Sequence record: OZ196285.1
Reading direction: 5' to 3' (one strand)
Length of the DNA stretch: 64,000 nucleotides
Of this stretch, positions 37,961-46,287 are shown in pieces; positions within the stretch are counted from its first letter, which is position 1; each line of letters begins with the position of its first letter. A model generated the notes under the pieces. The model was not told the origin of the DNA. It saw only the letters and a program-made list of their open reading frames with translations, and made no database searches. Made by a program: the position numbers and the translations under genes.

Positions 37961-38680
37961 ATGAAAAAAGTAGTATCAGTTCTAAGCGGTGGCTTAGACT
38001 CAACAATCCTTACATATACACTAGTAGATGAGTTCGGTGCAGACAACGTGTTCGCACTATCATTCTATTACGGTCAGAAGCAATCAGCAGAGCTTGAGAA
38101 AGCAAAACTGACTTGTCAAAAGCTCGGCATCGAGCATCGTTTAATCGATATCTCATTCTTAGGTGAAGTAGTAGCGCCAGTCTGCGCGAATATCGCAGGT
38201 TCAGACGTTGCAATGCCAACGATTCAAGACGTCCTGGGCGACCCTCAGCCACCCACAGAAGTACCTTACCGCAACATGTTGCTGAACACGATTGCATTCT
38301 CGTTCGCCCAAGCTAACGGCTGTCACGCTGTGTATACTGGCATTCAAGTGCATGATGCATACGGCTACTGGGACTGCACGCAAGGTTTCTTGACTGGCAT
38401 GAACAATCTATCGAGCCTGAATCGTCAACACGAGATCAGCTTAGAAGCGCCATTCGCTAACATGTCGAAAGCAGAAGAAATCGCCATCGGCGTTAAGCTA
38501 GGTGTGCCGTTTGAAGATAGTTTGACTTGCTACGACCCGAACGACAAAGACGAGAGCTGTGGCAAATGCCCGTCATGTTCTGAGCGCATCATGAACTTCG
38601 GCAAAGCAGGTATCAAAGACCCTGCACCGTACTCAGTTGACATCCCGTGGGATAGCATCTTCGCGAGGGCTGGTTATTAA
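37961..38680 (+). CDS. queC: 7-cyano-7-deazaguanine synthase
   Basis: SGGLDST, YGQKQ..E, VPYRN, DCT, TCY...CGKCPSC..R. Confidence 0.96.
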   Translation: MKKVVSVLSGGLDSTILTYTLVDEFGADNVFALSFYYGQKQSAELEKAKLTCQKLGIEHRLIDISFLGEVVAPVCANIAGSDVAMPTIQDVLGDPQPPTEVPYRNMLLNTIAFSFAQANGCHAVYTGIQVHDAYGYWDCTQGFLTGMNNLSSLNRQHEISLEAPFANMSKAEEIAIGVKLGVPFEDSLTCYDPNDKDESCGKCPSCSERIMNFGKAGIKDPAPYSVDIPWDSIFARAGY

Positions 38681-39288
38681 TGTGTGGACTATTTGCAGCA
38701 AAAACAAAGCGTGAGCTTGTCGAACTGGCAAAAAGTAATATACATCGTGGATCGCGTACTCATTCTGTGAGTACGTTTAACGAAGGTCGACTTACTGTGC
38801 AGAAATACAAAGGCTCGTTTGACGCTACGAATGTCCCTGAGACGGCAGATTTCTTCATTGTTCATGTTCAAGCACCGACTGGTACTTCAGCTAAAGCACA
38901 TCCCGCTTCGCTGATCATACACGGTGATGACGTTGCGTATTCATCAAGCGTATGGCACAACGGTATTTTAAAAGATCAATACATGGCGAATCAGACACAA
39001 TCATGGGACTCGCGTCACATAGCGTACGCAGTTGAGTATGATTTGTTCGATGAGCTTGATGGTACGTTTGCATGTTTTCACTTCGCTAGAGGTGTTCTGA
39101 GCGTGTTTCGCAATGAGATTAGCCCTATGTTCACGAACGAAGATACAAATGCGTTCAGTAGCACGAAGACAATCTTAACGCCATACCCAATTGAGCCAAA
39201 TAAAGTGTTTAACATCGACCTGAAGACGTTTAAAATGACAGTCGCACGAGAGTTCAAGACACTCAACAACCCCTATTTCTTTTTATGA
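38680..39288 (+). CDS. Class II (Ntn) glutamine amidotransferase-like protein
   Basis: N-terminal MCGLF, N..RG, H.QAPT, HNG, LDG.FA; TAATG-coupled to queC. Confidence 0.75.
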   Translation: MCGLFAAKTKRELVELAKSNIHRGSRTHSVSTFNEGRLTVQKYKGSFDATNVPETADFFIVHVQAPTGTSAKAHPASLIIHGDDVAYSSSVWHNGILKDQYMANQTQSWDSRHIAYAVEYDLFDELDGTFACFHFARGVLSVFRNEISPMFTNEDTNAFSSTKTILTPYPIEPNKVFNIDLKTFKMTVAREFKTLNNPYFFL

Positions 39289-39297
39289 GGTAACAAC

Positions 39298-39594
39298 ATG
39301 ATTGAAACTAACATTGACGACTTGCTGAAAAGCGGCGTCGTTGAATTTGAATTTGAAAAAGCCGACGGTACAGTGAAGCAAGTTCGCGCAACGCGTGACT
39401 TCAGTCACATCCCTGAAGAGTTTCACCCGAAGCCAAAGCCAGTACAGCTAGACGAAGACGGCAACGAAATCGTACCTGAAGTCAAAGAGAAAACCGAGAA
39501 GCAGAAAGCGACTTGTGGTTACTTTGACCTAGAAGCGCAAGGCTGGCGTTCATTCAAGCGTGCAAATCTAATCAAGATCGTATCGTTCGCTTAA
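39298..39594 (+). CDS. SH3-fold WYL_2/DUF2693-like protein
   Basis: FEFEKADGTV...AT...YFDLEAQGWRSF. Confidence 0.7.
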   Translation: MIETNIDDLLKSGVVEFEFEKADGTVKQVRATRDFSHIPEEFHPKPKPVQLDEDGNEIVPEVKEKTEKQKATCGYFDLEAQGWRSFKRANLIKIVSFA

Positions 39595-39618
39595 CAAATC
39601 ACTCGTGAGAACTACATA

Positions 39619-39822
39619 ATGGCTACAGACAAAGAAATGCTTGACAGTGTTGAAGACTACTGGATTGGATGGGACGGCCGGGGTAATAACCCTGTCGAAT
39701 ATGACCTAGAAGACGGTCCCAAACGTAAGAAAATGCGCGAGTTTTTAGAGCGCAAGAAAGCAGTCGATGCACGTCAAGCTGAATTCGAAAAAGCACAACT
39801 CAAATACAAAAGGCAAGAATAA
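39619..39822 (+). CDS. Hypothetical protein
   Basis: 67-aa ORF coupled to gp31. Confidence 0.6.
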   Translation: MATDKEMLDSVEDYWIGWDGRGNNPVEYDLEDGPKRKKMREFLERKKAVDARQAEFEKAQLKYKRQE

Positions 39823-40157
39823 TGGCATTAGTAGCACAAGCACTAGGTGAACAAATCATCATCGACACTCAAGCACTTAAAGAGGGTCAAGAAGTGGTTT
39901 CAGCAGGGGGCATCGTGATGGGTCGTGCAACGCAAGGCGAAGTACCTCTTCACGGTCGAGTAATCTCGGTCGGCGCAGATGTTGACAAAGATGTAATTGA
40001 TGTCGATGACATCGTTTTGCTACCGCAAGGTGCAATCAAGAACGTTCCAGATCCTCTAATCATTGAGGGTACAATGAAACAAGACGACGATAAGCGCGTT
40101 CTGTGGGTTCATACTCATTATCGTAACGTTGCTGCCGTCTATCGTGAGGCAGAATAG
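39822..40157 (+). CDS. 31: GroES-like co-chaperonin gp31
   Basis: ALGEQII, SAGGIVMG mobile loop, GRVISVG. Confidence 0.9.
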   Translation: MALVAQALGEQIIIDTQALKEGQEVVSAGGIVMGRATQGEVPLHGRVISVGADVDKDVIDVDDIVLLPQGAIKNVPDPLIIEGTMKQDDDKRVLWVHTHYRNVAAVYREAE

Positions 40158-40159
40158 AA

Positions 40160-40573
40160 ATGAATGACGACGTACGTCTATTAGAATTGAGCGCGACTGG
40201 CTATCACAGCAATTCGACTGAGACACACACGATGTGGGTTACTCAAGACTTCATTGACAAGTATGGTGACTGCATTCTAGCACAGACCATCTACTTTCAT
40301 GAACTTGACGGTAAGCACTCTGAAACAGAAGGCGAAATCTCGTTCCATAGTGATCTACAAGCTATGGCATTGGCGTGGGCTGATTCACGCGGTGAGTCTT
40401 ATAAAATTGAAGAAGTGTTTGATCACTTGCGTGGTGATTATGTCGGAGAGTTCGAAGACGGGCTTAACGATGCGATTGCTGAAATGACTGAATTGAACAC
40501 TGATTTGAATGAAACTATCGAAGTGACGAACATCACGAAAGTTACTATCGGTACTGAGACAGTTATCGTGTAG
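40160..40573 (+). CDS. Acidic hypothetical protein
   Basis: 137-aa ORF; ELDGKHSETEG motif. Confidence 0.7.
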   Translation: MNDDVRLLELSATGYHSNSTETHTMWVTQDFIDKYGDCILAQTIYFHELDGKHSETEGEISFHSDLQAMALAWADSRGESYKIEEVFDHLRGDYVGEFEDGLNDAIAEMTELNTDLNETIEVTNITKVTIGTETVIV

Positions 40574-40574
40574 C

Positions 40575-40603
40575 AAAAAGGGAGCAAATAGCTCCCTTTT
40601 TTT
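40575..40603. terminator. Bidirectional terminator
   Basis: AAAAAGGGAGC-AAATA-GCTCCCTTTTTTT between convergent genes. Confidence 0.85.
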
Positions 40604-40607
40604 AGGC

Positions 40608-41114
40608 TTATTCTTCGTCTTCGTAGCCATATTTGTTGCTGCGGAAGTCACAGCGCGGATTTGCTAAGAAACTCTTGCGATAAAGCTTCTCAAGATCAGC
40701 TTTCTTTGAACCGTCTTTGTACTTGATGCCGAGACTGTCCAGATGATCCTTTTGCTCTTGTAGCTTCAGTCTGCTGAATATCTTAGTCTGGTCTTTCGGG
40801 TGTTGTGGGTGAAAGTCGTTGTCCGAGTAATCAGCTTCTAGGTAATTTACTAGATTGCGTAGCCATTGTAAGTAATCCATGCCTTTGCCTTTCAAGCCAC
40901 TGCGCGTGAACTTGTGAATGACAACACCTTCGAACGTATTGCAGCCTGCACAAAGAATGCCACGAATATAACCGAGTTCATGATCATGGTCTGTGTGCGG
41001 TGTACGCTTCTCTTCACTGAGTTTCGTACCACAAAGCACGCATTTGTCCAATTGACTCATGCTTAACTCATTACGCACTTCAGTTAATTCAGATTGTTTT
41101 AATTGTCTGCTCAT
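40608..41114 (-). CDS. 49: Endonuclease VII (Holliday junction resolvase)
   Basis: CVLC, DHDH..G.IRG.LC..CN..EG, WL.NLV.YL..DY, FHP, C-terminal FSRL domain. Confidence 0.88.
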   Translation of the reverse strand: MSRQLKQSELTEVRNELSMSQLDKCVLCGTKLSEEKRTPHTDHDHELGYIRGILCAGCNTFEGVVIHKFTRSGLKGKGMDYLQWLRNLVNYLEADYSDNDFHPQHPKDQTKIFSRLKLQEQKDHLDSLGIKYKDGSKKADLEKLYRKSFLANPRCDFRSNKYGYEDEE

Positions 41115-41132
41115 CTTTTCCTCAAAAACATA

Positions 41133-41161
41133 TTGACTATACTACTGTTTATATGTAATAA
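41133..41161 (+). promoter_or_regulatory. Early promoter containing opposite-strand late-like promoter
   Basis: TTGACT-17bp-TAATAT on +; TATAAACA on - at 41146-41153. Confidence 0.65.
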
Positions 41162-41193
41162 TCTCTATGCAGAATCTAGATAAGGAATCTAAC

Positions 41194-41472
41194 ATGGCTC
41201 TATCAGAATCTATACGCACAGTGCGTATGCTACGCCAACGACTCGAAACACTCGCGCTTGATGAATTTAGCAGAGTAACCGTTACATACAAAGACAACGG
41301 CGAAGAAACATACAATCATAACGGGGTCAAATTTGCGTTCAATAAGCAAGTTCGTGTCTGTGTTATGACAAAATCAGGAACAGAACTGTTCACATACAAT
41401 GAGTGCGAAATAGATAAGGTCGTTGCTCAACTAGAAGAATCAGCTAAAGAAAAGTCATACTTAGGAATTTAA
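41194..41472 (+). CDS. Hypothetical protein
   Basis: AAGGA RBS before ATG 41194. Confidence 0.65.
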   Translation: MALSESIRTVRMLRQRLETLALDEFSRVTVTYKDNGEETYNHNGVKFAFNKQVRVCVMTKSGTELFTYNECEIDKVVAQLEESAKEKSYLGI

Positions 41473-41473
41473 A

Positions 41474-42469
41474 ATGAAATTTGTGAAATTTACATCATTA
41501 GAAAACAGCTACCGTCAACAGTTCGTCGAACGCTGTGAGCGCCTTGACGTGTCAGAGTGGGTATCACTTGAGAAGCTGCATGGCGCTAACTTCAACTTTA
41601 CAGTCGCGTTCGATCTTGAGAACGAACAGTTCAACATCACTCCTGGTAAACGTACTAGTTTTCTCGAAGCAGACGAAAACGGAATCTACGATTTCTACGG
41701 GTGTACTTCGGTCGTTGATGAGAATAGTCTCAAAAGTCGCAGAGTATCAGACTATTTGTGGGCTCGTGGAATCATCAATGACGGTGAAACTATCGTAATC
41801 TACGGTGAGCTTGTAGGTAAAGGCGTTCAGAAACAAGTTTACTACGGTGAAAAGGCGTTCTATGCATACGACATCTTCTTCCCTGAGACGGGCAAGTGGT
41901 GTGATTGGGATGACTGCGTAGAAGCGTTCAAACACGCTGAAATGCTCTACACAAACGAGCTGAGTCGAGGCACACTGACCGAACAGCTATCACGCGACCC
42001 AATGTTCCGAAGCACGCACACTCCCGCTGATTTCGACGAAGAGAACATCGCAGAGGGATATGTAGTTAAGCAGCTACGTAACGAACAGAAACTACATAAC
42101 GGATCGCGTGCTGTTCTCAAAGTCAAGAACGAGAAGTTCAAAGAAAAGAAGAACAAGGAAGGTAAAGTGCCGCGTCCTAAGCTTGTATTGACACCAGAGC
42201 AAGAAGAACTACACATGAAGTTCAGCTTGTACTTGACATCGAATCGCCTATCGAACGTGATGAGCAAGATCGGTACTGTAACTGGCAAGCAGTTCGGCAT
42301 GGTTGTTGGTAAGCTTATGCAAGACGCTAAGGTCGAGTTCGAGCGTGATGAGCGTGATGAAGTCGCAATCGACAAAGAAATATGGCAGGTGGTCAAGAAC
42401 CCGTTGACAAACCTAGCAAATGAGCTTGTACGAGCGCATTGGATTAAGATACTTGACGGTCAGTTCTAA
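41474..42469 (+). CDS. rnlB: RNA ligase 2
   Basis: F.KFTSLEN, EKLHGANF, YGE, EGYVVK, LKVKNEKFKE. Confidence 0.95.
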   Translation: MKFVKFTSLENSYRQQFVERCERLDVSEWVSLEKLHGANFNFTVAFDLENEQFNITPGKRTSFLEADENGIYDFYGCTSVVDENSLKSRRVSDYLWARGIINDGETIVIYGELVGKGVQKQVYYGEKAFYAYDIFFPETGKWCDWDDCVEAFKHAEMLYTNELSRGTLTEQLSRDPMFRSTHTPADFDEENIAEGYVVKQLRNEQKLHNGSRAVLKVKNEKFKEKKNKEGKVPRPKLVLTPEQEELHMKFSLYLTSNRLSNVMSKIGTVTGKQFGMVVGKLMQDAKVEFERDERDEVAIDKEIWQVVKNPLTNLANELVRAHWIKILDGQF

Positions 42470-42491
42470 GTAATATTAGAGCTAACAAGAA

Positions 42492-42519
42492 CAAAAAGCT
42501 CCCATGTGGAGCTTTTTTT
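42492..42519 (+). terminator. Rho-independent terminator
   Basis: AAAAAGCTCC-CATGT-GGAGCTTTTTTT. Confidence 0.85.
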
Positions 42520-42523
42520 ATAG

Positions 42524-42911
42524 GCGCAATTTAAAGAATTCTACGAAGCACTGACGGCTGTCGTTTATCATGGAACATCGTTGCCAGAAGCCCTCAGAGC
42601 CCACTGCTTTAGCTCGACGGTCGCCGATTGAATCATGTTCATCGAGCTAAAGCAGTGGACTATGGGCGTGGCGAGTATGCAGACGACTATGGAAATGAGC
42701 TAGAAGATCGCGTGTTCTCTGATAAAAAGCTATACCGAATGCATCTAAGTACATCACATAGATTCATGTTTGGCTGAAGAAAGGCGAAGACATGGGTCAC
42801 CTTGCAGGGTTAATTGGCGCAGCGCAAGCTAAATCAATTCCATTGTGGGTTTATGATGACCAAAGGCTACTTCGACTGACGCGTAAAGCTAAAGCGATAG
42901 CTACATATTAG
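42524..42911 (+). pseudogene. Degraded CTS-bearing, HGT-motif (ART-like) gene
   Basis: Three frames give QFKEFYEALTAVVYHGTS / LDGRRLNHVHRAKAVDY...ELEDRVFSDK / AIPNASKYIT*IHVWL...; no start codon, frameshifts, in-frame TAG. Confidence 0.65.
42601..42658. repeat. Perfect 17-bp inverted repeat with 24-nt loop
   Basis: CCACTGCTTTAGCTCGA (42601-42617) and TCGAGCTAAAGCAGTGG (42642-42658). Confidence 0.95.
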
Positions 42912-42921
42912 AGAAGACGTA

Positions 42922-43476
42922 ATGATTTTGGATAGTAAAGAGCTTGATATCGGTGATATCACTGAAGCTGACATGCAGTATGCAATCGCTGTGCAAAGCG
43001 CGTGGATCAACAAACGATACACAGCGATTGTACCGAACTGTTTCACGACAGTCACACACGACAACGAAGCTGACTTGTTCGCCATACGCCCCAGTGGCTT
43101 ATGTGATGAGATTGAAATCAAGGTTTCAAAGGCTGATTTTCGTGTAGACGAGAAGAAAACAGTGAAAGTGCTCAATGAAGAGCGTTCAACGCGATGGAAA
43201 CGCTACGACGACGTTCCGAAACGCACAGCATTGACCGATGGACACATGAGCAACTACTTCTGGTATGCGTTCCCTAAAGGGCTTGTAGACCACGCTGACG
43301 TGCCAGAATGGGCAGGTATCATCGAAGTAGATGGGTTACTCAACGCCAAAGAAGTCAGAATGCCGAAGAGACTGCATGGTCGCAAGATGACGATTGAAGA
43401 ACAGCTCAAGCAAATCAAAAAGCTTGGTTATCGCTTCTGGAATCTAATTCGAAGTCACAAAAAACGCAACAAATAA
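42922..43476 (+). CDS. MmcB-like PD-(D/E)XK nuclease-fold protein
   Basis: EADLFAI...EIEIKVSKADF..D, NYFWYAFP, PEWAGII. Confidence 0.75.
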   Translation: MILDSKELDIGDITEADMQYAIAVQSAWINKRYTAIVPNCFTTVTHDNEADLFAIRPSGLCDEIEIKVSKADFRVDEKKTVKVLNEERSTRWKRYDDVPKRTALTDGHMSNYFWYAFPKGLVDHADVPEWAGIIEVDGLLNAKEVRMPKRLHGRKMTIEEQLKQIKKLGYRFWNLIRSHKKRNK

Positions 43477-43565
43477 CAAAAAGACGCCATTGTGCGTCTT
43501 TTTTTGGTTGCAACGAACCAATCATCGTGTCAAACTGCGTGCATCAACTCAATAGGAGCAACATT

Positions 43566-44402
43566 ATGACACTCAAAGCAATCGATGCAGAAGCTGAACT
43601 TGACCAGATTATGAACTTCGTTCATGCAACATGGACAATCTCACACGAAATGGAAGATGGTTTCGTCGCAGCGTGTCAGTTCGCGTTCAATCAAGGGATG
43701 GAGCGTGGTCAAGATTGGAACGACATGACGAGTCACAAGATATCAAGCATGAGACACGACCGACTAATGCTGTGCATTGATCAAAAAGGTGACTGGCGTG
43801 ACAAAGACTCGTACTATGTCATGATCACAACAATCGATCAAATCGTAACGCATCTTCATGACAAGTGTCGCAAGAAGTGGAACTACTCTAGCGAAGCTGC
43901 ACGCATCACAAGACACACGAAGCGTTTAATTGGTACAATCACACCCAAGGGGTATGAAACACACGGCACAATGTCATACAGCGACATTAAAGACATATTC
44001 TGTGACTTTGATGACTTCGATTACTACGATAGTGGTGAACATGCGAAGCAAAAAGCAATGCTCAACTTGCATGACGCTAAAATGACAGCTTCATTACCTT
44101 TCATGGAGCGTATAGCAATGCACAATGTCATGCACAACGATGTGAATCAAGGTCTAACACCACATGATTCGTTGATGCACGCTGTATTCACTCATGGTTT
44201 AAACGTCGGTGAGCATAATGCATCATACGAGTTGATCAATCTGCTGAACAACATGGTTATTCCTGGTGAAGTCACGACTGCTGAAGTACCAGAACGTGAG
44301 CAATTGCGTAACATCGAGAAGCTTCAACGTGGTATAGCTTCAATCAACGAGAAGATTGAGCGCAAGAAACGTATTGACCGATTGATCTCGAATTGCGGTT
44401 AG
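43566..44402 (+). CDS. Hypothetical protein
   Basis: AGGAG RBS before ATG 43566; two similar helical halves. Confidence 0.7.
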   Translation: MTLKAIDAEAELDQIMNFVHATWTISHEMEDGFVAACQFAFNQGMERGQDWNDMTSHKISSMRHDRLMLCIDQKGDWRDKDSYYVMITTIDQIVTHLHDKCRKKWNYSSEAARITRHTKRLIGTITPKGYETHGTMSYSDIKDIFCDFDDFDYYDSGEHAKQKAMLNLHDAKMTASLPFMERIAMHNVMHNDVNQGLTPHDSLMHAVFTHGLNVGEHNASYELINLLNNMVIPGEVTTAEVPEREQLRNIEKLQRGIASINEKIERKKRIDRLISNCG

Positions 44403-44422
44403 GTGAGAGGCGGAAAAATTCC

Positions 44423-44479
44423 GCATCATCTTAGTAGAATTAGTGAACTTAGTAGAATTAGGGATATTAGGGATATTAG
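44423..44479. repeat. TTAG-N5 tandem array, copy 2 (6 units, 9-bp period)
   Basis: TTAG at 44431, 44440, 44449, 44458, 44467, 44476. Confidence 0.9.
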
Positions 44480-44495
44480 AGAATGCAAAAAGTTG

Positions 44496-44524
44496 TTGAC
44501 AGACTCTAATATCTCGCCTAGAAT
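44496..44524 (+). promoter_or_regulatory. Sigma70-type early promoter
   Basis: TTGACA-17bp-TAGAAT. Confidence 0.85.
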
Positions 44525-44561
44525 ACAAACTCTTGAAACGAACTATATTTTGTGGGGTCTT

Positions 44562-45074
44562 ATGAACGAACTAGAGCAAGAACTTGAACGCATGTCTTTT
44601 GACTCAGTAGACGAAGATGATATCGCAGTCACCGTCTCATGCGTAGGTATGAACAACTACTACACTGTTTGCCCTAGTGAATTCAAAGACTTTTTGGACG
44701 AACATGATGAGGTGACTTATGTAGCATTTGATTGGAACGCTATCCCAAATGAACTACAAACTGAACAGATTGACTATGACGAAATGATGGCATGGTTTGA
44801 CTCTGAACAGCGCGATATTGTAGAAATTCTTGTAAATCAACGCATCGCGATGTCATTCGAAGACGCTGATGAAATGCTTGTTCGAACAAGCATATTCAAC
44901 GGCTCAAAAGAAGACTATGCACGTGAATACGCTGAAGTGATGGGCATTGATGTTGATAAACTGCCGACACTCATTGCAAGTAACATCAATTGGGGTGATG
45001 TATTCATCGACTTAGACGCTGAAGGTATGATTTATCAGATAAGTCGTGAGAAATTCTTAACAGTAAATGGTTAA
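44562..45074 (+). CDS. ArdA-like antirestriction (DNA mimic) protein
   Basis: Very acidic 170 aa; F.G..EDYA.EY.E..G...LP..I..NINW...DL resembles ArdA C-terminal region. Confidence 0.6.
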   Translation: MNELEQELERMSFDSVDEDDIAVTVSCVGMNNYYTVCPSEFKDFLDEHDEVTYVAFDWNAIPNELQTEQIDYDEMMAWFDSEQRDIVEILVNQRIAMSFEDADEMLVRTSIFNGSKEDYAREYAEVMGIDVDKLPTLIASNINWGDVFIDLDAEGMIYQISREKFLTVNG

Positions 45075-45076
45075 TA

Positions 45077-45652
45077 ATGAGCAGCACGAAAGGTGTCGTC
45101 AATAAAGACGATTATTATGCGACTCCCGAGTGGTTAGTTAGAGAGTTTCTAGCAGCATTCGAGAGTCGCCTACAGTTCAAGCACAGTAAGTCAATGTCAG
45201 GTATGAACGTACTTGATCCTTGTTGCGGTGGTTGTTCTGAACATGGCGCTACTTACCCAATAGTCTACAAAGACATGTATCATGTTGATATCGACACTAT
45301 GGACATTCGAGAGGACAGTCACGCGCAATTGGTTGCGAACTATCTCGAAACACCTGCTGCGATGCAATATGACATGATCATGACTAATCCACCATTCAGC
45401 TCTTCAGTCGATTTTGCACTGAAAGCGTTATCCGAAGTCGATGATGGTGGTTACGTTGTAATGTTGCAACGTCTAAACTGGTTAGGTAGCATTAAGCGCA
45501 AGCCATTCTGGGATGCATCGCCTCTTAGAATGATATTTGTGCACCACAAGCGCCCTAGCTTTCACGGTACAAAAGGCACAGACTCAATCGAGTACGCGCA
45601 CTTTGTGTTCGAGAAAGGCTATGATGGCCCAACTGAACTGGTAGTTATATGA
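45077..45652 (+). CDS. DNA amino-methyltransferase (N6A/N4C)
   Basis: DDYYATP, VLDPCCG, MTNPPF. Confidence 0.88.
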   Translation: MSSTKGVVNKDDYYATPEWLVREFLAAFESRLQFKHSKSMSGMNVLDPCCGGCSEHGATYPIVYKDMYHVDIDTMDIREDSHAQLVANYLETPAAMQYDMIMTNPPFSSSVDFALKALSEVDDGGYVVMLQRLNWLGSIKRKPFWDASPLRMIFVHHKRPSFHGTKGTDSIEYAHFVFEKGYDGPTELVVI

Positions 45653-45852
45653 TCACCACTGTGGTGAGATTTGACGGTGACCTAGATGTATTCGACCAGC
45701 CACAATGTAAACGCACAGTGGCTGGTGCGAAGCACTACATCTTATTTGGTCGTACGTTATTCAAACGCAAGTTAACACTCGACATCGAATGCACGACGCA
45801 CGGTGAGAGTCCCTTTATGATGTACACGTACACAGTAGCTAAAATACATTAA
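45649..45852 (+). CDS. Hypothetical protein
   Basis: ATGA-coupled ORF. Confidence 0.55.
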   Translation: MITTVVRFDGDLDVFDQPQCKRTVAGAKHYILFGRTLFKRKLTLDIECTTHGESPFMMYTYTVAKIH

Positions 45853-45862
45853 GGAATACGCT

Positions 45863-46237
45863 ATGAGCAATAATCAAGTAACAGTGGTAAGTTCGTCTGG
45901 CAATGCGTCAGTGTCTATCAATGGTGAGACTTACACTGGTAGTACCGTGACAATGAGCAATGGCTCTGTCATCGTCGATGGCGTTAAGCAAGACAAAGTA
46001 AAATCACAGCGCGTGATGATCACTATCAATGGTGATATTGATAGCGTATCGTCTACTGACGGAACTATCATCGTTCATGGTGATGCTAAGACAGTACGCA
46101 CTACCAATGGCGATGTTGAGTGTGAAAACGTGACTGGTGACGTGACTACTACCAATGGCGACGTTGACGCGTGGGATGTGTATGGTGGTATATCTACTAC
46201 CAATGGCGATATCACTCACAAATATCTTGACGAATAG
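45863..46237 (+). CDS. Beta-solenoid repeat protein (DUF4097-like)
   Basis: Three TTNGD(V/I) repeats. Confidence 0.7.
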   Translation: MSNNQVTVVSSSGNASVSINGETYTGSTVTMSNGSVIVDGVKQDKVKSQRVMITINGDIDSVSSTDGTIIVHGDAKTVRTTNGDVECENVTGDVTTTNGDVDAWDVYGGISTTNGDITHKYLDE

Positions 46238-46287
46238 AAACAAACTGTGCGATACTCTTCTCAATCAACGAGAAGAGAGAGAACATT

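Noticed and set aside
42601-42658. Retron msd or protelomerase site
   Set aside because: No reverse transcriptase or protelomerase in the window, and the hairpin lies inside a decayed coding sequence.
44403-44561. N-terminal extension (RISELSRIRDIRDIRE) of the ArdA-like ORF
   Set aside because: It is a translation of the TTAG array and promoter; the RBS-supported ATG is at 44562.
46100-46210. ACTACCAATGGCGA direct repeats
   Set aside because: They encode the TTNGD repeats of a beta-solenoid protein.
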